Shown: positions 48,124-55,796 of the stretch, piece by piece
Layout of the letters: each line of letters opens with the position of its first letter
How positions within the stretch are numbered: position 1 is the stretch's first letter
NCBI GenBank assembly: GCA_035640475.1
Contig: DASQWC010000023.1
Coordinates: 4,186 to 68,185 of the forward strand
DNA: 64,000 nt
From: Actinomycetota bacterium
GTDB taxonomy: Bacteria; Actinomycetota; JAICYB01
Reading direction: 5' to 3'
Made by a program: the position numbers and the translations under genes
The notes under the pieces: generated by a model
The model's database searches: none
What the model was told of the DNA's origin: nothing
The model's input: the letters and a program-made list of their open reading frames with translations, nothing else

Positions 48124-48125
48124 GT

Positions 48126-50867
48126 ATGGAAACCGGCGCGCTGCTCTTACGTCTCGCGCTTCTATTCGTCGTCGCCCGCCTCGCCGCCGAAGTCGCAGAG
48201 CGACTGCATTTTCCCGCCGTGCTCGCCGAGATCGGCGCCGGAGTTCTACTCGGTCCCTCCCTCTTCGGCTGGATCGAACCGAAGGAGCCACTGAGCTTCA
48301 TTGGCGAATTGGGGGCGATCCTCCTGCTGCTCGAAGTCGGACTACATATGGATCTTGCCGACTTGGGCCGTGTGGGTCGCTCGGCCATGCAGGTCGCGTG
48401 GATCGGCATCCTCGTTCCGCTGGCCGCGGGTTTCGCGGGGATGCGAGTCCTGGGCATTGCGACGCCGGTTGCCCTCTTCCTCGCGGCCGGAATCACTGCA
48501 ACGAGTGTCGGCATAACTGCTCGCGTCTTTGCCGACATGCGCGCGCTCACGAGCACCGAGGCGCAGACCGTGCTCGGTGCAGCCATTGTGGACGACGTGC
48601 TCGGCCTCTTGATACTCACTGTGGTTACTCGGGTTTCGTCCGGCGGCCGCATCCAATTTGCGTCGATTGCGGGCGTCACCGTTGCAGGGATCTTGTTCGT
48701 CGTGGGCGCGACGGCCCTCGGCGCGATCCTCATACCTCGTATCTTCGGGCGATTCGTCGGACGCTCTCGCATCGAGGGCACGCTGATCGGCGCGGCCGTG
48801 GCCTTCGGACTGTGCATGGCCGGTCTTGCCGCCGCCGTGAAGCTTGCTCCCATCGTCGGAGCGTTCGTCGCCGGCGTCGCCTTGAGCCGGACCCCGCAAC
48901 GCGACGAGCTGCGCCGCCGGCTCGCTCCCGTCGGTCACCTTTTCGTGCCGGTCTTCTTCCTGCTCATCGGGGCCGAGACGCACGTCCGTACGCTGGCTTC
49001 ACCGCGGGTGCTCGCGGTGGCCGCGGTGCTGGCCGCTATCGCCGTCGTCGGCAAGATCGTGTCGGCGCTCGGTGTCACCCGCGGCGGTGGCGATCGCATG
49101 CTCATCGGCATCGGGATGATTCCTCGCGGCGAAGTCGGCTTGGTGTTCGCAACTCTCGGCTTGTCGAGCGGCGTGCTGAGCGCCCCGCAGCACGCAACGT
49201 TGCTCGCCGTAGTTCTCGTGACAACGCTCGCCGCTCCGCCGTGGCTTCGCCGGCGCATCGATCGCAGCCGTCGTGAGGCCTTTGAAAGTGTCGAGGTTGC
49301 CGAGCCGCCGGACGGATGGCTCCTCGTGACCGATGACGAGGTCGAGTTGCGTGCCGAGCCTTCTGTCGGGCTTGCACACCGCATCGCGCTGGACGCAGCG
49401 CTGTTGTGCGCACAGCGTCGCCCCGGTCCCCGAATCCTCAACTGGCTGTCCGGCGTGCCGGCGCGCACGGCGACATGGGACGCGCAACTCTCACGCCGGT
49501 TCATGGCGCTGCTGCGCGATGGCAATACCCGTTCCTGGCGCTTTCTCGAGGTCACCGGAATGCTGCAGGTACTCCTCCCCAAACTGGAAATTGCTCTCGC
49601 ACGGCGCGCTCACGATCCATTCGATCTCGATCCGGCCTCGGCACTGCGGTGGGATGAGGTCGATGAGCTCAAGCGGATCGTCTCCGACCAGGACGATCCG
49701 GCGAGCGCGCGGTGGCCGGGTGTCGACCAGGAAGCCGTCCTCTTGGCGGCACTCGCACGAAGTGCTTTCGGTCCGGACGCAGCCGCGGAGGCGAGAGCCC
49801 TCGCAACATACGTCGGCTTCAAGGACGACCGGGCGTCGCTGGTCGAGTTTCTCGTTGCCGAGCGGGATCTCTTGCCCGCCGCCGCCGCTCGCATGTCGAT
49901 GGGAACCGAGGAGTCGGTGCTCGCGCTCGCCACGCACATCGGCGATCGCTCGCGCTGCGACGCCTTGTACGTCCTCGCCGCGGCCGGCGAAGAGGAGCCG
50001 ACCGCGCGTAAGCGCCTCGACGAGCTGCGGGGGCTTGTTTCGTCGGCGCTTGCCTCACCGGAGCTGACGAGCGCCGGAATGGGCGTTCTTGAAGAGCGCC
50101 GGCGACAAGTCGTCGAGCTTCTTCCGCGGACGGCCAACGTCGCCGTGCAACATCTGCTCGAGGCGGCTCCGCGCCGCTACTTGCTCGGGCAAACGCCGCA
50201 AGCGATTGCCAAGCACATCCAAATGCTCGACCCGCCTCCGACGAGAGGCGAGGTTCGAATCCGGCCGGAACCCGACCCCGAGCACGGCACATGGACGATC
50301 TTCGTTGCAGCCCTCGACCGTCCCGGCGCCCTGGCAGCAATCGCCGGCGCGCTGACCCGCTGCGAGATACCCGTCCTCGAAGCGGCGATCACGACGTGGC
50401 CGCACGGTCTTGCCGCGGATGTTTTCCGTGTGTCGGCACCCGCAACCACCGATTGGGACGCGGTTCGAAAGGCAGCGACGGAGGCGTTCGCCCATCACGG
50501 TCGCAACGGAAAGCCCGCGAGGATCCCAGGTCAGCTCGAGATCGACAATGCCGCATCGCCGTGGCACACAATCGTCGAAGTCCGGGCCGAGGACAGATCT
50601 GGTCTGCTCTATCGCGTTGCCGAAGCTTTCAGTCGTGCGGACCTGCGGATCCACCACGCAAACGTGTCCACGGTCGATGGTGTCGCCGTCGACACGTTCC
50701 TCGTGACGGACCGCGACGGTCACAAGCTCGGGCATCGCGAACAGGGCGCCCTTCGTCTGTCATTCGAAGGGAAGCTCGGCGCACGCTGGACTCCGGCCCG
50801 GATGTGGCGCCGAGCGACGCCGCAGCCCGAGGCCACGGGCAAGCCCGGCAAGCTGCTCACCCCATAG
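48126..50867 (+). CDS. CPA2 cation:proton antiporter fused to a GlnD-like regulatory tail (degenerate HD domain + two ACT domains)
   Basis: The ATG lies 2 nt after the wHTH stop. The first ~395 aa form a Na_H_Exchanger-type membrane domain. The C-terminal ~480 aa are collinear with GlnD (55793..58351) from its pre-HD region to the end, including both ACT domains. Confidence 0.85.
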   Translation: METGALLLRLALLFVVARLAAEVAERLHFPAVLAEIGAGVLLGPSLFGWIEPKEPLSFIGELGAILLLLEVGLHMDLADLGRVGRSAMQVAWIGILVPLAAGFAGMRVLGIATPVALFLAAGITATSVGITARVFADMRALTSTEAQTVLGAAIVDDVLGLLILTVVTRVSSGGRIQFASIAGVTVAGILFVVGATALGAILIPRIFGRFVGRSRIEGTLIGAAVAFGLCMAGLAAAVKLAPIVGAFVAGVALSRTPQRDELRRRLAPVGHLFVPVFFLLIGAETHVRTLASPRVLAVAAVLAAIAVVGKIVSALGVTRGGGDRMLIGIGMIPRGEVGLVFATLGLSSGVLSAPQHATLLAVVLVTTLAAPPWLRRRIDRSRREAFESVEVAEPPDGWLLVTDDEVELRAEPSVGLAHRIALDAALLCAQRRPGPRILNWLSGVPARTATWDAQLSRRFMALLRDGNTRSWRFLEVTGMLQVLLPKLEIALARRAHDPFDLDPASALRWDEVDELKRIVSDQDDPASARWPGVDQEAVLLAALARSAFGPDAAAEARALATYVGFKDDRASLVEFLVAERDLLPAAAARMSMGTEESVLALATHIGDRSRCDALYVLAAAGEEEPTARKRLDELRGLVSSALASPELTSAGMGVLEERRRQVVELLPRTANVAVQHLLEAAPRRYLLGQTPQAIAKHIQMLDPPPTRGEVRIRPEPDPEHGTWTIFVAALDRPGALAAIAGALTRCEIPVLEAAITTWPHGLAADVFRVSAPATTDWDAVRKAATEAFAHHGRNGKPARIPGQLEIDNAASPWHTIVEVRAEDRSGLLYRVAEAFSRADLRIHHANVSTVDGVAVDTFLVTDRDGHKLGHREQGALRLSFEGKLGARWTPARMWRRATPQPEATGKPGKLLTP

Positions 50868-50938
50868 CGGTACACTCCACTCAGGAGAGCCGGGAAGCCT
50901 GGTCGGCGCCGTCTTTGCCGTCGACCAAGGAGCTCCCG

Positions 50939-51973
50939 ATGGGCCCGCGTTCACGAGCTGCTTCTCGAGGATCGGCGCTCCTGGCGTTCCTCCGGACCGA
51001 GCAAGCGGCCGGGATGTTGCTCCTCTTGGCCACGATCTCGGCGCTCGTCTGGGCCAACACCCTTTCTGGTTACGAGTCCTTCTGGACAGCTCACGTCGGG
51101 ACGAAGGAGCTCAGAGATTGGGTGAACGACGACCTCATGGCGTTGTTCTTCTTTGTCGTTGGGCTCGAGATCAAGCGCGAGCTCGTCGTCGGAGAGCTGC
51201 GCGACCGCCGCACGGCCGCCCTGCCTGCACTGGCGGCAGTGGGCGGGATGCTGGCTCCGGCGCTGCTCTATCTCGCGTTCAACGCGGGACGGCCGGGCGC
51301 GCCGGGCTGGGGCATCCCGATGGCGACGGATATCGCATTCGTCGTCGGTACGACGGCGTTGCTCGGCAGCCGCGCTCCGCAGCGCCTGCGGCTGTTCCTG
51401 CTCACGCTGGCGATCGTGGACGACGTCGGCGTCATACTGATCATCGCCCTCGCTTATTCCGGCGGAACCGTGCATCCGACGCTGATCGCCGTCGTGCTCG
51501 CGCTGCTCGTGCCGGCCAAGCCCGTTCTCGGTCGGCGGGTTCTCGAAGCGCTCGAGAACCGGTTGCATCCGGTGGCCTCGTTTGTTGTCGTCCCGGTCTT
51601 CGCCCTGGCCAACGCGGGCGTCATCGTGTCGTCCTCGTCGCTTCGCAGTGCCGTCCACTCAACGGTGTTCTGGGGCATCGTCGCCGGGCTTGTCCTCGGC
51701 AAGCCCCTCGGCATTGTGGGCGCGTCACTTCTCGGCGTGCGAACGCGATTGGGTCGGTTGCCAGCCGGAGTCAGCCGTCCGAACCTCGTCGGTGGAGGTG
51801 CGCTCGCCGGTATCGGCTTCACGGTGTCGTTGTTCATTGCGACGCTCGCCTTCACCGACGCCACGCTCGGCACGGATGCGACCTTCGGCATTCTCGTCGG
51901 GTCCGCGGTGAGCGGGATCGTGGGTACGGGCCTGCTCTTGGTCCAGGAGCCGCGGAGCGTCAGGCGGTCTTGA
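50939..51973 (+). CDS. nhaA: NhaA-family Na+/H+ antiporter (short variant)
   Basis: AAGGAG SD. WVNDDLMALFFFVVGLEIKREL, GWGIPMATDIAF, LAIVDDVGVILIIAL and PVFALANAG are present, but at 344 aa the protein appears to lack the segment between ...ALxY and ...GVHxTL. Confidence 0.85.
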   Translation: MGPRSRAASRGSALLAFLRTEQAAGMLLLLATISALVWANTLSGYESFWTAHVGTKELRDWVNDDLMALFFFVVGLEIKRELVVGELRDRRTAALPALAAVGGMLAPALLYLAFNAGRPGAPGWGIPMATDIAFVVGTTALLGSRAPQRLRLFLLTLAIVDDVGVILIIALAYSGGTVHPTLIAVVLALLVPAKPVLGRRVLEALENRLHPVASFVVVPVFALANAGVIVSSSSLRSAVHSTVFWGIVAGLVLGKPLGIVGASLLGVRTRLGRLPAGVSRPNLVGGGALAGIGFTVSLFIATLAFTDATLGTDATFGILVGSAVSGIVGTGLLLVQEPRSVRRS

Positions 51974-52862
51974 CCTTCGTACCTTCCGGAACCGGGCCGA
52001 GCGTTGCCTCTCCTCCGCCGTCGACGGCAAGAGACGCCCCTGCGGGCGGCTCGACGCGCACCATGCCGATGCCGACGACGCCGAAGCGCGGCGAGGTCGT
52101 TGCCGACGTCACCCGGCCGACAGCTTCGCTGCCGGATCGCAGCTCGCGGCCGGCGAGACCGCTCGCATCGACACCGTCGAACCGCAACGTGCGCAACACT
52201 TTGTTGATGTGTCCACGGAAGTGGATGCGCGCGACGGTCTCCTGGCCGACGTAACAGCCCTTCTGCGCAGAGACGACTCTCGTGAGCCCCGCTTCCTGCG
52301 GGAGATCACGGTCGCCGAAGTCGACGCCGAAACGTCCGGCGCCGGCTTCTATCCGCACGACGTCGTACAACTCCGGGACGGCGTTCGGGGCGTGCGGCGG
52401 TGCGTCCGTATGCAGATCGGCGGCCGGAATGTCGCCGAGCGTATACCCGAAGACGACCGAGATCTCATCGAGCTCTATCCGGCCGTCGCCGGCCAGCGCC
52501 GTCGCATCCGGGCCGAGGACCGTGAAGCAGCGGCGCTCCTGCGTCTGGATCTCGACCTTTGTTCTGAACTTGTAGCTGGCGAACCAGTCGGCCAGCCGTC
52601 CGGCGTCCGGCTCCGCGTCGATCCAGATCTCGTCGGCGAGGAAGCCGGCACGGAAATGCGCCTGCACCCGGCCCTTCGAGTCGAGGAAGCACGACTCCAC
52701 CCAGGTTCCGGGCGGGACGTCGTCCACGTCGGCGGTGATCGTGTTCTGGAGGAACCAAACGCGCTGGGGACCGGTGAGCTTGATCAGCCGCAGCGCGGGC
52801 GGACGTTCGAGCCACACGGCGCCGCGCCGTGCTTCGTCATATGCCTCTTCGACCGAAAGCAT
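51960..52862 (-). CDS. ygfZ: folate-binding YgfZ/GcvT-family protein
   Basis: C-terminal KGCYVGQETVARIHFRG motif typical of YgfZ. GcvT-like N-terminal domain. Confidence 0.7.
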   Translation of the reverse strand: MLSVEEAYDEARRGAVWLERPPALRLIKLTGPQRVWFLQNTITADVDDVPPGTWVESCFLDSKGRVQAHFRAGFLADEIWIDAEPDAGRLADWFASYKFRTKVEIQTQERRCFTVLGPDATALAGDGRIELDEISVVFGYTLGDIPAADLHTDAPPHAPNAVPELYDVVRIEAGAGRFGVDFGDRDLPQEAGLTRVVSAQKGCYVGQETVARIHFRGHINKVLRTLRFDGVDASGLAGRELRSGSEAVGRVTSATTSPRFGVVGIGMVRVEPPAGASLAVDGGGEATLGPVPEGTKVKTA

Positions 52863-52874
52863 CCGGCTCCCACG

Positions 52875-53390
52875 CTACTCGTGGAGCGTGAACGCGTCGC
52901 CGTCACAGACGACGACCACGCCGTCACCTTTGCCGAGCGCAGCGATCGTCCGGCCCGTCGCGCCCCAAACCGCGGCCTCGATCATCGGCGAGTGTCCGAC
53001 CGCGAGCGCTCGTCCTCCATTGGGCACCAACGCCGCGATACCACGGAGCGCATCGATGAACCGCTCGGTCTCCAGCTCAACGAACGACCTGTCGGCCTCG
53101 AGGAACGCAGCAAGCTCCCCGTTGCGCGTCTTGGAGTAGATGTCTCGCCAACGATCCTCGTGCTCCGATCTCAAGCCGTCCAGAACCACGACACCGCCGG
53201 GGACCGGCAGACCGGACCCCGCGATGAAGCAAGCTGCCGCCTGCGTCGCGCGCTGTGCGCCCGAGGAGACGACCAGGTCGTACGGACCGCGCAGTGCCGC
53301 ACCGATACGAACGGCCTCGGCGATCCCGTCCGCCGTCAGAACGTCGCCGTCGTTTGCGGTGTGTCGCCGGAGCTCGATCGACTTCGTCAC
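52875..53390 (-). CDS. histidine phosphatase family protein
   Basis: IELRRHTANDGDVLT (RH catalytic motif) and a downstream GHSPMIE-type His. The in-frame GTG at 53390 is preferred over the TTG at 53414. Confidence 0.6.
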   Translation of the reverse strand: MTKSIELRRHTANDGDVLTADGIAEAVRIGAALRGPYDLVVSSGAQRATQAAACFIAGSGLPVPGGVVVLDGLRSEHEDRWRDIYSKTRNGELAAFLEADRSFVELETERFIDALRGIAALVPNGGRALAVGHSPMIEAAVWGATGRTIAALGKGDGVVVVCDGDAFTLHE

Positions 53391-53406
53391 TTGTAGCCTT
53401 GACCTT

Positions 53407-54813
53407 GTGCTCAACCTCTACAACACGCTAACCGGCCGGAAGGAAGCGGTCGTCCCCGAGAACGGGACCGTGAAGATCTACTCATGCGGCCCGACCGTCT
53501 ACCGGCCCGTGCACATCGGCAACTTGCGCTCATTTCTCTTGTCCGACATCGTCGCGCGCGCCATCACGTACCGAGATGTCGAGGTCTACAAGGTCATGAA
53601 CATCACCGATGTCGGACACATGACCGACGAGCTCACCGACGACGGCCGTGACAAGATGCTGCTGGCCGCGGACGACGAAGGACTGTCTACCGAACAAATC
53701 GCAGCCAAGTACACGAACGCCTTCCACGAGGACATCGCCGCCGTCAACATCAAACCGGCAGACGTGTACCCGAAAGCAACAGAGCACGTCCCGCAGATCA
53801 TCGAGCTCATCGCCAAGCTCATCGAGCGCGGCCACGCCTACGAGGTCGGCGGCACCGTCTACTACGACGTCACCACGTTTCCCGCCTACGGACGCCTCTC
53901 GCACCAGTCGCTCGACGACATGCGCGCGGGCCACCGTATCGAGGAAGTCGACAGCGCGAAGCGCCATCACCAGGACTTTGTGCTGTGGCGCGCGGCCGGG
54001 CCGAGACGGGAGCTCGTGTACGACTCGCCCTGGGGACCGGGCTATCCCGGCTGGCATATCGAGTGCTCCGCGATGTCGCTCGAATACCTCGGCGAGCGCT
54101 TCGATATCCACACGGCCGGCATCGACCTGCGCTTTCCCCATCACGAGGACGAGATCGCGCAGTCCGAGGGAGCGGTCGGGCACGAAGTCGTCAAGCTCTG
54201 GGTGCACGGTGAGCACCTGTTGATGGGACGCGCAAAGATGGCGAAGTCGGCCGGCAACGTGCTGACGATCGGGAGCGTCGCCGATCAAGGATTCGATCCA
54301 CTCGCGTTCCGGTACCTGTGCTTCACCGGCCGGTATCGGCGCCAGGTCCACTTTACAGACGACGCGCTCGTCGCGGCCGCAACAGCGCTCCGTCGATTGC
54401 GCGAGCAAGTCTCCTTGCTCGGCGGCGCCGGTGCGGTGCCGGCGACGGACACCGCGTTGCGCGAAGCGGTCGAAGACGACGCGGCTTTGGCCCATCACGC
54501 GCGCTTCGTCGACGCCGTCACCGACGATCTCGACCTGCCTTCGGCGCTGACGGTGCTGCACGATGCGCTCGGCGACGATGCCGTATCGCCCGCCGTGCGC
54601 TGGACGCTTGCCGCATCGTGGGATGCCGTCCTCGGCCTGGATCTCGTCGGCTCCGGCGAGCTCCCTCCGGAACTCGCCGCGCTCGTGCGCGAGCGCGAGG
54701 AAGCGCGCAGCGCACGCGACTTCGCCCGCGCCGACGAGATCCGTGATCGTCTCCGTTCCGCCGGTATCGAGCTGCTCGACTCGGCGGCCGGAACCAGCTG
54801 GGTGAGGAGATAG
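53407..54813 (+). CDS. cysS: cysteine--tRNA ligase
   Basis: [15 protein letters not shown] (HIGH), GWHIECSAM, and KMAKSAGN (KMSKS). The in-frame GTG at 53407 lies within ORF 53140..54813. Confidence 0.95.
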   Translation: MLNLYNTLTGRKEAVVPENGTVKIYSCGPTVYRPVHIGNLRSFLLSDIVARAITYRDVEVYKVMNITDVGHMTDELTDDGRDKMLLAADDEGLSTEQIAAKYTNAFHEDIAAVNIKPADVYPKATEHVPQIIELIAKLIERGHAYEVGGTVYYDVTTFPAYGRLSHQSLDDMRAGHRIEEVDSAKRHHQDFVLWRAAGPRRELVYDSPWGPGYPGWHIECSAMSLEYLGERFDIHTAGIDLRFPHHEDEIAQSEGAVGHEVVKLWVHGEHLLMGRAKMAKSAGNVLTIGSVADQGFDPLAFRYLCFTGRYRRQVHFTDDALVAAATALRRLREQVSLLGGAGAVPATDTALREAVEDDAALAHHARFVDAVTDDLDLPSALTVLHDALGDDAVSPAVRWTLAASWDAVLGLDLVGSGELPPELAALVREREEARSARDFARADEIRDRLRSAGIELLDSAAGTSWVRR

Positions 54814-54953
54814 CGATCCGTTCCGTCAAGTCATCCCTCGACGAGCTCCTCGCGGGGGCGGAGTCGCGAGAGCCGTGGAAGACCGCCGATTCGCTGTCGG
54901 GAAGCGAGCTCGAACGCGTCGTCATCGGCGGTGAGCGATACGTCCTGAAGCAC

Positions 54954-55796
54954 TTGCACGTGGACGACGACTGGATCCAGCGCGCTCAGGGTGACCTGGT
55001 GACGCGGCCGGTCGTGATGTGGACGGCGGGGCTGTACGACGAGCTGCCGGAATTCATCGACCACACGATCGTCGACATCGCGACCGGACTCGGCCGCAAC
55101 GGGTGGGGCGCCGCACTGTTGATGCGCGACGTCTCCGGCTGCATGGTGTCCGTCGAGAAGGGCACTATTCCTCTCGATCAGCACGCGCGATTCATCGATC
55201 ACATGGCAAAGCTCCACGCACACTTCTGGGGCTTCCGCGACACGTACGGTCTCATGCCGAGAGGCAACCTCTACCTCATGTTCTCGTCACTCATGACCGA
55301 TTACGAGGCCGGGCACGGCGGGCCGGGCGGCGTCCCAGACATGGCCGGCGCGGGGTGGGAGCGCATGGCCGACCTTGCGCCCGGGCTGGCCGAGATCGTC
55401 TTCCCGCTTCTGCGCGACCCGTGGCCGCTGGTCGACGCTCAGGCCGCCGGGCCGCAGACGCTGGTCCACAGCGACTGGAAGGCCGGCAACCTCGGCTCCC
55501 ACGACGATGGACGGACCATCCTGCTCGACTGGGCCTTCCCCAGCGAAGCACCCGGGACGGCCGACCTCGGGTGGTACCTGGCGGTGAACTGCGATCTCCT
55601 CCCGCATTCCAAAGAGGAGACGATCGCCCTATATAAGGAGTCGCTCGAGCGTGAGGGCATCCAGACCACAGGCTGGTGGGAAGCGCAGCTCGAGCTTGCC
55701 CTGCTCGCTCAGGTCGTGCTTCTCGGCTGGTCGAAGACGGGCGACGAGCTGGCCTGGTGGGAGGAGCGGGTACCCCGGGCGCTTCGCTTCCTTTAA
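54954..55796 (+). CDS. phosphotransferase (APH-like) family protein; true start probably upstream near 54798-54816
   Basis: LVHSDWKAGNLG catalytic loop and LLDWAFPSEAPGTADLGWYLAV. The same frame is open from 54747 and encodes a kinase N-lobe (SELERVVIGGERYVLKHL) with no ATG/GTG/TTG before 54954. Confidence 0.7.
   Translation: MHVDDDWIQRAQGDLVTRPVVMWTAGLYDELPEFIDHTIVDIATGLGRNGWGAALLMRDVSGCMVSVEKGTIPLDQHARFIDHMAKLHAHFWGFRDTYGLMPRGNLYLMFSSLMTDYEAGHGGPGGVPDMAGAGWERMADLAPGLAEIVFPLLRDPWPLVDAQAAGPQTLVHSDWKAGNLGSHDDGRTILLDWAFPSEAPGTADLGWYLAVNCDLLPHSKEETIALYKESLEREGIQTTGWWEAQLELALLAQVVLLGWSKTGDELAWWEERVPRALRFL

Noticed and set aside
50252-50262. GGTTCGAATCC, a tRNA-like T-loop string
   Set aside because: It lies inside the antiporter-GlnD-like CDS (codons for ..GEVRIRPE..) and no cloverleaf can be drawn around it.
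53391-53406. Only 16 bp between the divergent starts of the histidine phosphatase gene and cysS
   Set aside because: This is most likely a consequence of uncertain start choice (TTG 53414 vs GTG 53390 vs later codons) or of promoters embedded in coding sequence. There is not enough evidence for a specific claim.
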